Of a DNA stretch of 45,041 nt, positions 35,600 to 45,041 are shown one piece after another. Made by a program: the position numbers and the translations under genes. How positions within the stretch are numbered: position 1 is the stretch's first letter; every line of letters starts with the position of its first letter. A model generated the notes under the pieces. It ran no database searches, had not been told where the DNA came from, and saw only the letters and a program-made list of their open reading frames with translations. Where the stretch lies: positions 1 through 45,041 of the IMG/VR virus record IMGVR_UViG_3300037755_000621. One strand, given 5' to 3'. The stretch comes from a virus. Its lineage: Duplodnaviria; Caudoviricetes.

Positions 35600-35817
35600 G
35601 CGTGACCATGGGCTCCATTCTTGAAGCGGTGGAAGCGCAATACGGGGAAGATTATGTGGCGGAGCTGATCGAAGTGATGCGGCAGGTCAATGAGATGGTG
35701 ATGCGGCGTCCCGGCGTCGGTGTGGAGGTGGCCGTTGATGATCTGAGCAGAGACCCGCTCGAAGTGAGCAAAGAGGTTTTGGCGGCGTTGCAGGCGTACT
35801 CCGGGGTGGCCACATGA
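35596..35817 (+). CDS. Hypothetical protein
   Basis: GTGA overlap, SD GGAGG. Confidence 0.6.
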   Translation: MSVTMGSILEAVEAQYGEDYVAELIEVMRQVNEMVMRRPGVGVEVAVDDLSRDPLEVSKEVLAALQAYSGVAT

Positions 35818-35970
35818 GATTCCGACGGTTGGCGTGGGCGGTCTTTCGAGGACGCGGCGAGGACAACCACTGTTGGTTCTGCCGGACTGGGTTGCCGCCG
35901 CGTAAGCGAAACCTGTGCTACAGGTGGTGCCTGCGCAGACTCATTGACGGTGTCTACCACGCTCGGTATC
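35818..35970 (+). ncRNA. Candidate structured RNA (unclassified)
   Basis: Closing stems GATTCCGA/TCGGTATC and GCGTGG/CCACGC enclose several hairpins with UUCG and GUAA loops. Confidence 0.5.
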
Positions 35971-35989
35971 CAGAGAGGCTGTTCTACTG

Positions 35990-36343
35990 ATGGCCGTCGA
36001 GGACCTGGTCCCCACCGGTGGTGCCTACGGCGACCGACAGGCGAACGTCGCAGCCATGCAACAGGCCGACCTTCCGCTAGCCTCCTCTCCGTCCAGACCT
36101 CCTCAGGTCCCAGGCGGAACCGGGGGCCCGCTCACGACCGGGTCCCCCCCGCCATCCGGCGCCCCACTCTCGGGGTTGGACCTTCTGATGGGGCGGACCC
36201 CCGCCGACTTCCCATTCGTGAACGACGCCGCCGCTCCCGCTCCCGGCCCCGGCCAGGTCGACTCGCCGCTGACCGCTCTCGCCGCCTCATCCCAGTCGAC
36301 GTTCGGGTCTGCGGTCCTCGCCCGCCTCGCCTCGAGGGGGTGA
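35990..36343 (+). CDS. Pro-rich hypothetical virion protein
   Basis: 117 aa; GGAYGDRQA motif; SD GAGG. Confidence 0.7.
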   Translation: MAVEDLVPTGGAYGDRQANVAAMQQADLPLASSPSRPPQVPGGTGGPLTTGSPPPSGAPLSGLDLLMGRTPADFPFVNDAAAPAPGPGQVDSPLTALAASSQSTFGSAVLARLASRG

Positions 36344-36346
36344 GGC

Positions 36347-39300
36347 GTGACGACGCGGGCTCCTGGCGAGTTTCGGCCACCACGCGAGAAACTGCGGGAC
36401 ACTCCTAGCCCTCAACCCGTACTTGAGGGTGGTGGCCCTCCGGTGGTGCCCAAGATCAACGAGTACCCGCTGGGAGCGGTGGGTCCTCAGGCTCTTATCA
36501 ACGAGGATCTCCGTCAGCGGGCGCAGGCGGCGGTCGCGTTCCACATTGGGGGGAAGTACCCGGGTCTCGACCTGGGTCGGGTGAGCCGCCCGATCGCCGA
36601 GCGTTACCTGGAACTGGCTCAGGACAACCCGGCGATGATCAGCACTCTCGAGTCCGACGTGAACGCCCTGTTCGCGCTGACCGACGACGAGATCGCCGCC
36701 AAGATGGCACGGGGGGAGCGGATCGTCCCCCAAGGCGATGTGTTCGACGCGATTCAAGAGGTCGCCTGGGAGGTGGGGGCGGCCGAGTTCGCGGCTCGGG
36801 TGACCTCCGAGCGTGCCGACGCGATGTCGGGAACCTTCGAGGCGCTCACCTCCCAGGACGCTCTCGCGCTCGGTGAGGAGTTCATCTCGGGGTACGTGAC
36901 GGGGGCTGTCGAGTTGGGAGGCGCTCGAGCCGGGGTCGGGGCTCCGGGTGGGTTGGCGAAAGCGCAGAGCTTCCAAACCCTGTTCGACGTGGGAGGCGCC
37001 TGGTCGTACTCACCGTCGTCGCGGCTGTTGGCGGTGACCGTTGGGGACCAGACCATCGGGATCGACGTCGGGCCCGGGTTCAACCCTGAGAACCATCTCG
37101 ACGTGATGACCGAAGTGGTGCGGGCTCAGGCCGACGGGCGGGTCGCCGGCGGGTCGCTGACCGGGGCTCAGGGGGTGCATGGGGTTCAGGCGATCATCGA
37201 CAAGGCGCATGAGATTGGCGGGTTCCTCGACGAGCATCCGACGGGGCAGCGTGTACTCGATCGGCTCTGGTACGCCTTCACCTCCGCTGGGGGTCTCAAC
37301 CCGTGGTCGTGGTCCTCGGGGGAGGTGCAGGGCGGACCCGGCCCGTTGGAGCGTCAGTCCGACGCGATGCGCGACGAGCAGGGTCGGATCACCGCGGAGT
37401 CAGTGCGGTTGGCGTCGGTGATCCCACTCCCCACAGATCAGATCGTGGCGTCGATCGCCGGGGCGTTCATCGCCGACAACCCAGGGGTCACGTCTCAGAG
37501 CGCGCTTGAGATGGCGGCGGAGACGGTGGCCGAGAACCGAGATGCGCTCCGCGACGAGTTCGAGACGCTGACTCAGGCCGAGTTGTTGACCCAGTTGGAA
37601 GGCGACGTGGAAGGCCGGTCGACCCTCGGGGGAGCGTTGGAGACGGGGATGGGGGAGGTGTTGGAGCGGCTGGAATGGTGGGACCAGTTCACTCAGTGGA
37701 TCGGGATAAACAAGATCGATTTCGACCGGGACATGTGGGGCGGGTTCGGGGCTCTCATCGGTGGTGACCTCGAGGAGGCCAAGCAGCGTTTCGACGCGAT
37801 GGTCACCGACCGGCCCGAGTTCGGGACCACCGCCAGCGAGTACCTGAACAACACCACCAAGTTCTTCCACCTCGAAGGCGGGTGGGCCGATGCGGCGAAC
37901 CTGGCGGTCGGTGGGGTGTTCGACCCTTCCAACTACATCTTCGTTGGTGGCCGTGGGCTGCGGGCGTTGGCGCGTCAGGCGTTGGCCCAACCCGGGAAAT
38001 ACGGGGCCGCCTACCTCCGTATGGGGGCGTTCCCGCACGTCGCCAATCAGATTGCCAATGCGGGCAGGGTCGGTGCGCTCCCGGCGGCGGAGCGGATCGC
38101 GGAGGTGGCCCGTCTCGGCCTCACCGGGGCTGATGAGGTGGCCGCCCTCGCTGGGGACGAGGTGCTCGACGCTGCGGGCAAGGTGTTGCTCCCCGCCGTG
38201 GAGCGGGTCGCTGTGAGCGAGACGGTCGCCAACACCCGGGGGGTGATGTCAGTGGTCGGGTCGTCGGTGGGGCTGCCCGACGCCGAATACGCCGACATGT
38301 TGCGCCTCGCGGTCAACCCGGCCTCGACGGTGGATGAGGTCAACGAGGTGTGGCTGCGGGCGATGAACAAGAACTGGCTGCCGAACAGCCTGGGTGGGCC
38401 GGTGCGGCACAAGACGATCGAGGGGGTGGGCCGGGTGCTCGACGCTGCGGTCGGCAAAATCCCCGGGGTCACCGTCTCCCCCGAGAAGATGGACACCTTT
38501 TTCAAGTACCTGTCGAAACAGAGCACGGTCCGCACCTTCCGCCTCGGGGAGAACATGGCGCTCACCAACTACGGGGACCTCGCCGTCCAGTTCTTCCCCG
38601 CCGACCCCGAGCGGGTCTCTCGACTGGTCATTGGTGCCGCCGACGCTCGGATGGCGGCGGGCGACCCCCTCGCAATGTCGGGCGCGGCTGCGGCGACCAA
38701 AGAACAGGCCCGTCGTGCGATGCACGATCTTGGTGGACCGACCCGCCAGATGCTCGACGCTGCGGACCCCGCAGCGGTCAACCAGAATCTGCGGGAGATC
38801 CAACACGCTCTCACCACCCTCCACACTCAGGGCTACGACGAGGCGACCGAAGCGTCGATCCGCACCGAGCTCAACCGGATGCACAAGGTGATGTCACGGC
38901 GGGTCGACGACGCCGCACCACGTCTCGCCGCCCGGCGGGAGGCGGCGCGGACGGCTCACCGTCAACTCAACGCGGCGACCGCGGTGGAGGCCGATTCGGT
39001 CCGCACCGGCAACGCGGTCCGCAACGCGATGGCCGACCAGGCGTACCGGCTGTATGAGGAGAAGGCGATCGACCTCAACACCCAGTTCGGGCGTGAGGTG
39101 ATCCCGGTGATCCCAGGGAAGGTCAACCCCTTCGCCCCCGACGTCCCGGTTCGGGACTGGTCGGTGGTGACCGGATTGGAGCGGGGGACGGTGGAGTCCG
39201 GCGACGAGGACTTGGCGTTGATGATGGGGATGGCCGCCGACAACGTGGAGTTGGCCCGTCAAGCGAACGCGATTGGGATGCTGTCCAAGACTCAACACGT

Positions 39301-42300
39301 CATGCTGCCCGCCTCCCCCTATGAGATCACCGTGTTCGAGAAGATCGGCGGGGATGACACCCTCTACCGCAAATGGATGACCCAGCTCCGCAACGACCGT
39401 CTCCACAAATGGACCCGACGCGCCAAGTTGGCGTTCGTGGTCAACCTGTTGTTCACCCCGATCACCGCGGGGAAGGTCACCCTCGACGAGACCAGCCGGT
39501 TCCTCGCGGTCACCGGCAAGTTCGGCGGGTTCGCCCGTTCGACGGTGGCGGGCATCCCCGGGGTTGGGCGAGCTACTGAGTCGGCGGTGAAGCATCTGCG
39601 GGGTGGGGGGACCACGGTGGCCAACTCCTACGCGGCGGCCAACTCCCGCAACGTGGGAGGCATGTTCCCCGACGACTTCGCCGACTACGGGTGGGTGCCC
39701 CGCCCGCCGCGGCGGGTGACCGACCCGACGCAGATGAACCTCGGCCAGTACCGCCTCCAAGTGGAACGGTGGCTGAATGGGTCCCTGCTCCAAGACGAGC
39801 GGTTCCGCCAGTACGCCCGCTGGGTTGACCAACCGCATGACCCCGGGGCTGCCCCGCCCGGATTCTTGGAGTGGTGGGAGCATGGAGTGGATGGTGGCAA
39901 ACCGGGCAGGGTTGAGGCTCGCCAGATCAAAGTGACGATTCGGAACACAGCGATGGTGGGAGATGAGATCACAGCCGACGACGCGTTCGAGATCCTCGGC
40001 AACGTGCTGGACAATTGGCTGAACCTGTTTGTCGACGAGGGGGCGCGGGGCCCGATGCGGGAGCGCCTGTTGAGGGCGGCGGTCACAGCCGGGGACCAGT
40101 TGGCCACCACCGGCCCCGACGCCCGGCTGCTCAACGCTGTCTCTCAGGTGCCGGGGTTGTCGGGCAAAACCGACTTCGGGAGTCGAGCCTTCAACGTGTT
40201 CTTCGGGGCGCCGGCGGGCCGTCGGTCGGGCGTGTTCTACGAGCAGTTCTTTGACGACAACTACCAGACGCTGCTCGCTCGGCATGGGGAGCGGGTGCTC
40301 ACCGTGGAGCGTCTCATGGACTACGCGAAGTTGGACCGGGAGACCGCGGAGTTCTATCTGAAACAGGGCTCGGACAATGCGATGGTGTCTCAAATGATCG
40401 CCGAGCGTGGAGCGGTCACCGAAGCGCAGTTGGCGGCCTCCGCCGCCGCTAACGCCGAGCGACGCACCGACGACCTGATGTACACCTTCACCTCGTCGTC
40501 GCTGTTCGGCCGGGGAGCGGAGTCCGCGTTGCTGTTCCCGTTCGCTCGGGCCCAAGTCGACTTCTTGTCATGGTGGACCGACCATATGGTCAAACCGCTC
40601 ACCCTGCCGGTGTCGATGGAGATGCGAAACAAGTTGGCGGGGTCGGTGGCGGGCGGCGCGTTGGCGGCGGTGGAGCGGCTGCCGCTCAACTTGAGGGCCT
40701 GGGCGAAATACGCGCACATGGTGGCCACGGTCAACAACGATCAGGAGTCGGTGGTCGACCAGATGATCGACAACCTCACCTTCTTCCCGATGCACTTCGA
40801 CTCCGAGTTCCTCCTCGATGTCACCCCACAACTGGGTCCGCTGCCGTCGTGGATGTTCGACGCTGCGGTCGACGCGGGGTGGATCGGCGAGGACTTGGAG
40901 AAAGAGATCATGGCGGTGTTCCCCGCCCTCGAGTTCACCGAGACCGCCGACGACCCGCTCGAGGAGATTTTCAACCGGATCCTCCCCAACTCCCGCCGCT
41001 CGCTGCGTGACTACACAGTGGGAATGTTCCGGGGTGCCTACGCGCTAAGGGGACGGGACCTCCACTCCGACCCTGGGGCGTTGGGCAGCCTGGCGAACAT
41101 CGTCGCCGACAACAAGGTTCCCGCCTCCACCGGCGACTTTCAGGCGGCGCTCGGGTCAGACTGGCTTTCTGAGAACGTGTGGAATCTGGTTCCCGGGTCC
41201 CCCGAATGGAACGAGGCGATCATTGGGCTGTCGGTGGAGGGCGCCACTCAGGCCAACCGTCGAGAGTGGACTCAGGATCAGCGGGACCGGATCCTGCCGC
41301 TCACCGGATACGACGCCGAATACCGGGCGCTGCGCGCCTATGAGGGGCTGTTCGACGACCAGCGGTTCACCGCGATGTCCGCTGCGGGGTTGTTCTCCAT
41401 CGCCGACCTCCTCCCCAACGATGAGGGAACCCCGCGGATCAAAGAGGCTTGGGACCGCTACATTGCCGGGTCGGCCACTCCTGAGGAGCTCGCCTACCTC
41501 GACGACCGGCTCACCTCGATCTACTTCGACGCCGGCCGGGTGGAGGTACTGCCCGGGTTCAGTTACATGGACTACCTGCATCTGACCAACCCTGAGTTGG
41601 CGGTGAACCTGATCGCCAAGAACGAGGATTCGGGGATCCCGTCGCGGGGTGGGGTCCGCACCGTCGGGGACCAGCAGATGACCCACGCCGAGTTCCGAAG
41701 CTCCTACATCAGCCAGTTGACCGGGCGACTCCAAAACATCCCCCCCGGGCCTCAGGGCGGGGAGATGGTCGCTGACGCTCGACGTGCGGGGTGGATCGTG
41801 TCACGCCGCATGGAGTCGACCCCCACCGATCCGGGGTGGATGCAGGACGCTGCGGAGGCGGTCTACAAGTCGGGTCAGCGTGGAGTGCATGGAGTGTGGG
41901 AGGCGGTGTCGCACCGGACCTGGCAGGCGGGCGTGAAAAAGTCGATCGAGGGCACCCGGTTCACCTTGCAGACTCGGGAGGCGATGGTCCTCAAAGCGGC
42001 GGGGATGGACGTGGTGGCGGGGACCGAATACAGCTACGGGGAGTTCTTCTCGCTCCTCGACGACTTCGACGAGCGGTTCGACGTGGCTCAACCGATGCTG
42101 GTCAACACCTTGGAGAAGGGGGCGGTGCATGGCCAACTTGCCCTCCACAATGACGCTTTCGGTCAAGGGTTGCTCGACGCGATCCACCAGGCGGAGCTCG
42201 ACGCGAAGAAGATGGGGTTCGAGTCGGTGGAGGACTGGCCCGAACCGGTGAAGGAGAAGGTGCGGGACCGGTTCTCCGAGGCGATCAACCTCGGGTACAC

Positions 42301-42784
42301 GACCGAGGAGGGTTACCGCCAGGAGATCGAACCGTTCTTCGGGCCGCTCAACTACGAGCCGCCGGTCCCGCCGCCGGTCGCCGAGCTCGAGTCGGGGCTC
42401 ACCCTCTCCGGGGAGGAACTCGCCGACGTGGAGGTGGTTGACGGCGACACCATCTCGGTGCTCCTCGCCGACGGTCCGATGCGGGTCCGCCTCATCGGGA
42501 TCAACGCCCCCGAAGTCACCCAGGAGGGTTACCAGGACGCCCGCACCAACCTTCAAGCATTGGTTGAGGGTGCTGATGAGGTGGTGGTCGGTTTCTACAA
42601 ACCGGAGCTGTTCGGGATGAGCCAACTCACCGCCCCCGGCGAGCACCGACTCATCGCGTGGCTCTACATCGACGGGGTCCCGATCTACGATCCCAGTGTG
42701 TTCACCGCTCAGAACCCCCGTGGTGCGGGGGTGGGAGGCACCGTTTTGGACCTCGAAGCGATCTATGAGGCGGGCCGCCAGTGA
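36347..42784 (+). CDS. Giant putative internal virion (ejection) protein with C-terminal thermonuclease (SNase-like) domain
   Basis: 2145 aa; ends VEVVDGDTI...VRLIGINAPE...RLIAWLYIDG. Confidence 0.75.
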   Translation: MTTRAPGEFRPPREKLRDTPSPQPVLEGGGPPVVPKINEYPLGAVGPQALINEDLRQRAQAAVAFHIGGKYPGLDLGRVSRPIAERYLELAQDNPAMISTLESDVNALFALTDDEIAAKMARGERIVPQGDVFDAIQEVAWEVGAAEFAARVTSERADAMSGTFEALTSQDALALGEEFISGYVTGAVELGGARAGVGAPGGLAKAQSFQTLFDVGGAWSYSPSSRLLAVTVGDQTIGIDVGPGFNPENHLDVMTEVVRAQADGRVAGGSLTGAQGVHGVQAIIDKAHEIGGFLDEHPTGQRVLDRLWYAFTSAGGLNPWSWSSGEVQGGPGPLERQSDAMRDEQGRITAESVRLASVIPLPTDQIVASIAGAFIADNPGVTSQSALEMAAETVAENRDALRDEFETLTQAELLTQLEGDVEGRSTLGGALETGMGEVLERLEWWDQFTQWIGINKIDFDRDMWGGFGALIGGDLEEAKQRFDAMVTDRPEFGTTASEYLNNTTKFFHLEGGWADAANLAVGGVFDPSNYIFVGGRGLRALARQALAQPGKYGAAYLRMGAFPHVANQIANAGRVGALPAAERIAEVARLGLTGADEVAALAGDEVLDAAGKVLLPAVERVAVSETVANTRGVMSVVGSSVGLPDAEYADMLRLAVNPASTVDEVNEVWLRAMNKNWLPNSLGGPVRHKTIEGVGRVLDAAVGKIPGVTVSPEKMDTFFKYLSKQSTVRTFRLGENMALTNYGDLAVQFFPADPERVSRLVIGAADARMAAGDPLAMSGAAAATKEQARRAMHDLGGPTRQMLDAADPAAVNQNLREIQHALTTLHTQGYDEATEASIRTELNRMHKVMSRRVDDAAPRLAARREAARTAHRQLNAATAVEADSVRTGNAVRNAMADQAYRLYEEKAIDLNTQFGREVIPVIPGKVNPFAPDVPVRDWSVVTGLERGTVESGDEDLALMMGMAADNVELARQANAIGMLSKTQHVMLPASPYEITVFEKIGGDDTLYRKWMTQLRNDRLHKWTRRAKLAFVVNLLFTPITAGKVTLDETSRFLAVTGKFGGFARSTVAGIPGVGRATESAVKHLRGGGTTVANSYAAANSRNVGGMFPDDFADYGWVPRPPRRVTDPTQMNLGQYRLQVERWLNGSLLQDERFRQYARWVDQPHDPGAAPPGFLEWWEHGVDGGKPGRVEARQIKVTIRNTAMVGDEITADDAFEILGNVLDNWLNLFVDEGARGPMRERLLRAAVTAGDQLATTGPDARLLNAVSQVPGLSGKTDFGSRAFNVFFGAPAGRRSGVFYEQFFDDNYQTLLARHGERVLTVERLMDYAKLDRETAEFYLKQGSDNAMVSQMIAERGAVTEAQLAASAAANAERRTDDLMYTFTSSSLFGRGAESALLFPFARAQVDFLSWWTDHMVKPLTLPVSMEMRNKLAGSVAGGALAAVERLPLNLRAWAKYAHMVATVNNDQESVVDQMIDNLTFFPMHFDSEFLLDVTPQLGPLPSWMFDAAVDAGWIGEDLEKEIMAVFPALEFTETADDPLEEIFNRILPNSRRSLRDYTVGMFRGAYALRGRDLHSDPGALGSLANIVADNKVPASTGDFQAALGSDWLSENVWNLVPGSPEWNEAIIGLSVEGATQANRREWTQDQRDRILPLTGYDAEYRALRAYEGLFDDQRFTAMSAAGLFSIADLLPNDEGTPRIKEAWDRYIAGSATPEELAYLDDRLTSIYFDAGRVEVLPGFSYMDYLHLTNPELAVNLIAKNEDSGIPSRGGVRTVGDQQMTHAEFRSSYISQLTGRLQNIPPGPQGGEMVADARRAGWIVSRRMESTPTDPGWMQDAAEAVYKSGQRGVHGVWEAVSHRTWQAGVKKSIEGTRFTLQTREAMVLKAAGMDVVAGTEYSYGEFFSLLDDFDERFDVAQPMLVNTLEKGAVHGQLALHNDAFGQGLLDAIHQAELDAKKMGFESVEDWPEPVKEKVRDRFSEAINLGYTTEEGYRQEIEPFFGPLNYEPPVPPPVAELESGLTLSGEELADVEVVDGDTISVLLADGPMRVRLIGINAPEVTQEGYQDARTNLQALVEGADEVVVGFYKPELFGMSQLTAPGEHRLIAWLYIDGVPIYDPSVFTAQNPRGAGVGGTVLDLEAIYEAGRQ

Positions 42785-44142
42785 CCGCCCGAGACTTCAA
42801 TACCGTCGGGCTCTCATCGTTGACCGCTCTCAACCAGCGGCTGATCGCCGCCGCCGGGGAGGTCCCCACCGACCCCACCGACGATTCCCTGTTCGCTGGG
42901 GAGGTCGGCTACGTCGACCCCGACACAGTGGATGAGGACAAGGCGGCGGAGGTCAGAGGACGGTTCTCATCTGAGGACCCGTTCGGTTTCAACCGGGTGC
43001 GGGAGTGGATCGAGGCGACCATCTTCAACGGTGAAGCCACCAACATGTCTCCCCTGATCGGGGCGTTCATCAACGAGTGGGCGGCGGAAATGGCACCGAC
43101 CGGGTCGCAGTTCCCCACCGACCTCGCCGAGCAGATGCTCAACAACGAGGATTTCGTGGCGGGGGCGGGGTACCTGCCGATCCGCACTCAGCTCGATGAG
43201 ATGCCGTCGGTGTTCCGCACCGAGATCGAAGTGGAGGGGGCGATGGTCCCGGTGCGAGTGTCGAACGACCCGCTGACCGGACCCCGGTTCACGATCGAGC
43301 AGCCGGTGGAGGAAGTGGTCTCCCGCTATGTGAGCCTGCTGCCACCGGACCGGGCGAAAGCGGCGCGAGGTCAGGTGTCGGGTGAGGCCCCGTCAACGAT
43401 CGGGTCGGCGGACGCGATGGAGCGTGGCGGGATCGCTGCGGGGGCGGACGTGGGCCGTCAACCGGGGATCGCGGTGGGCGGGGCCCGGACCGATGATCCT
43501 GCTCAGACGGTCCTCGACGGGCTCGACCGTTTCGTCCGCAACCCCCGCCAGATCCCCGACTACATCCGAGACCAAGTCGACCGGTCCAAGCGTGCCCTCC
43601 CGTTCATCTCAGGCGCCGACTTTCTCGAGCGGCTCGGCCCTCGCACGTCAGGGGGCGGCGGAGGTGGCGGCGGGGGCGCTGTCCGCGACATCGAGTTCGA
43701 CCGCAACCACCTGGTCGCTCAGACCGCGGACATGTACAACAACTGGTTCTTGGACCCCAACCCCGCTCCCGACGCGGTGGTGGGGGGGATCGTCGACCGC
43801 TACGTGCGGGAGGCGCGAGCGTTCTGGTCGGGTAAGGGCGGCCAACTCGACTTCGACACCTACGTCCGCACCGCGCTGCGGGCCCTGCCGCGGTGGGGGA
43901 GGATCTACGAGCACAAGACCCCGGGTCAGTCCGAGGAGGAGTTTTTGGCGTCGTTCGCTCAGCCGATCGGTGGGCTCGGCCAGACCGCGGAGTTCACTCG
44001 GATGCAGACCGAGTCGGCGGTCACCTCGGGGGCGGGGCCGGCCGAGCAGTTGAAACGGGTGAGCCGAAGCCGTGAGGTGGAACAGGGCGGCGGGTTCTCC
44101 CGGCGTTTGGCCAACACCCTCTCAGGGGTGGGGATCGGCTGA
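42781..44142 (+). CDS. Putative internal virion protein
   Basis: 453 aa, poly-Gly linker, GTGA/TGATG coupling. Confidence 0.65.
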   Translation: MTARDFNTVGLSSLTALNQRLIAAAGEVPTDPTDDSLFAGEVGYVDPDTVDEDKAAEVRGRFSSEDPFGFNRVREWIEATIFNGEATNMSPLIGAFINEWAAEMAPTGSQFPTDLAEQMLNNEDFVAGAGYLPIRTQLDEMPSVFRTEIEVEGAMVPVRVSNDPLTGPRFTIEQPVEEVVSRYVSLLPPDRAKAARGQVSGEAPSTIGSADAMERGGIAAGADVGRQPGIAVGGARTDDPAQTVLDGLDRFVRNPRQIPDYIRDQVDRSKRALPFISGADFLERLGPRTSGGGGGGGGGAVRDIEFDRNHLVAQTADMYNNWFLDPNPAPDAVVGGIVDRYVREARAFWSGKGGQLDFDTYVRTALRALPRWGRIYEHKTPGQSEEEFLASFAQPIGGLGQTAEFTRMQTESAVTSGAGPAEQLKRVSRSREVEQGGGFSRRLANTLSGVGIG

Positions 44143-45041
44143 TGCCCGCCACCCTCGCACAGCTCCTGGCGTTGATCCCCCCCGGGGCGAAGTACAACGA
44201 GGTGTCTTTCGCCCTCCAAAACATCAATGAGTTCTTTCCTGAGGATCTCCGCAAAGTGGACGCTGCCCGAATCGCGGGGTGGGTGGCTGAGATCACCGCC
44301 GGCACCCGCACCGACAAGAGCGTCCGGTCGGACATCTTCGAGTTCGTTGTGGGGGAGTCCAAGATCATCCAGCGGTTCGGGACTGACGCCGCCACCGCGC
44401 AGGCTCTGATTGCGGGGACCAAACAGTTCTCGGCGATGGCGGGCACTGGGGTGGTCGACGCTGACCAACCGTCAACGTCGGTGGTGGCGGTGGGCGGCAC
44501 CAAGATCAGCCAGGGTGGACGCCTCCTCAAAGTGAAAAACCCGGCGGGGTCTGACGCCCCCGAATTGTTCTACGTGGTCTACAAGTGGCGTGGTGTGGAC
44601 ATGGCTTTCGAGGTGGGGAACAAGGCTCGCCTCGTCGAGTTGTTCGGGTCGGCGGAAGCCTTCGACGATATGGCGACCGTGACTCAAGCCGGGTTCGAGA
44701 CCGGCGGGTATGTGGAGGCGGGGATGATCGACCAGGAGATCGGCGCCACCGAATCGTTCACCTCGCGGACCGAGCGTGAGGTCCGCGCCCTCGGTCTAGA
44801 GGATCTGCCCGAATGGTTGGGGAACGCCCCCGACGCTCTGGCTCTGGTTGCTGAGGCGACCGCGCAGGAGTGGTCGTCGGGTCGGCTGTGGACCGAGCTG
44901 GCGAAAACCCAGGCGTTCACCGACCGGTTCGGGAAGGTGATCGACAAGTACCTGACCGGCAACGTCACCGTCGGTGATGCGGTTGCTCAACTCGTCGCTG
45001 ATGAGAACCAGATGCGGGCGGCGATCAGGTTTTTCGACGGG
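44142..45041 (+). CDS. N-terminal part of ~502-aa putative internal virion protein (continues at 1-747; not in ORF track)
   Basis: ATG 44142 in TGATG; frame MPATLAQLLALIPPG... is open to the window end. Confidence 0.8.
   Translation, partial: MPATLAQLLALIPPGAKYNEVSFALQNINEFFPEDLRKVDAARIAGWVAEITAGTRTDKSVRSDIFEFVVGESKIIQRFGTDAATAQALIAGTKQFSAMAGTGVVDADQPSTSVVAVGGTKISQGGRLLKVKNPAGSDAPELFYVVYKWRGVDMAFEVGNKARLVELFGSAEAFDDMATVTQAGFETGGYVEAGMIDQEIGATESFTSRTEREVRALGLEDLPEWLGNAPDALALVAEATAQEWSSGRLWTELAKTQAFTDRFGKVIDKYLTGNVTVGDAVAQLVADENQMRAAIRFFDG
44904..45041. repeat. Terminal overlap, right copy
   Basis: Direct repeat of 1-138; implies a 44,903-bp unit genome. Confidence 0.97.

Noticed and set aside
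35925-35960. GCAGACT as a group I intron P7 strand
   Set aside because: No matching downstream partner, and no interrupted gene flanks it.
45030-45032. CCC vs TTT mismatch between terminal copies (Pro vs Phe)
   Set aside because: It lies about 10 nt from the contig end and is most simply a low-quality end; there is no evidence of editing or diversification.

Overview
This window is an apparently complete, circularly permuted genome (about 44.9 kb) of a high-GC tailed dsDNA phage. Bases 1-138 repeat at 44904-45041 and one gene runs across that junction. It has podovirus-like architecture: no tape-measure gene, tubular-tail-like genes and three large putative ejection proteins. The host is probably actinobacterial, inferred from lysin type, TANNNT leaderless promoters and GC content. 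Nearly all genes are on the + strand. The order is: early cassette with an Ocr-like DNA mimic (28.6-30.3 kb), HTH-fused terminase, portal, a 2145-aa virion protein ending in a thermonuclease domain plus two more internal proteins, tail fibre, scaffold, capsid and duplicated decoration-like genes, tail tube, lysis, Cro-like regulator, YqaJ/RecT/RusA/helicase, a transglycosylase, a minigene array joined by repeated junction sequences, a DNA methyltransferase and an intein-containing PD-(D/E)XK nuclease. I recognised no integrase, DNA polymerase, tRNA or CRISPR array. The most striking observations are (1) an HNH endonuclease with its own apparent leaderless promoter, encoded entirely inside the methyltransferase in another frame while both frames stay open; (2) a nuclease-tipped giant ejection protein; (3) the cassette-like minigene array; (4) a highly structured intergenic RNA candidate after the portal gene. 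All product calls come from motif recognition by eye, without database searches.
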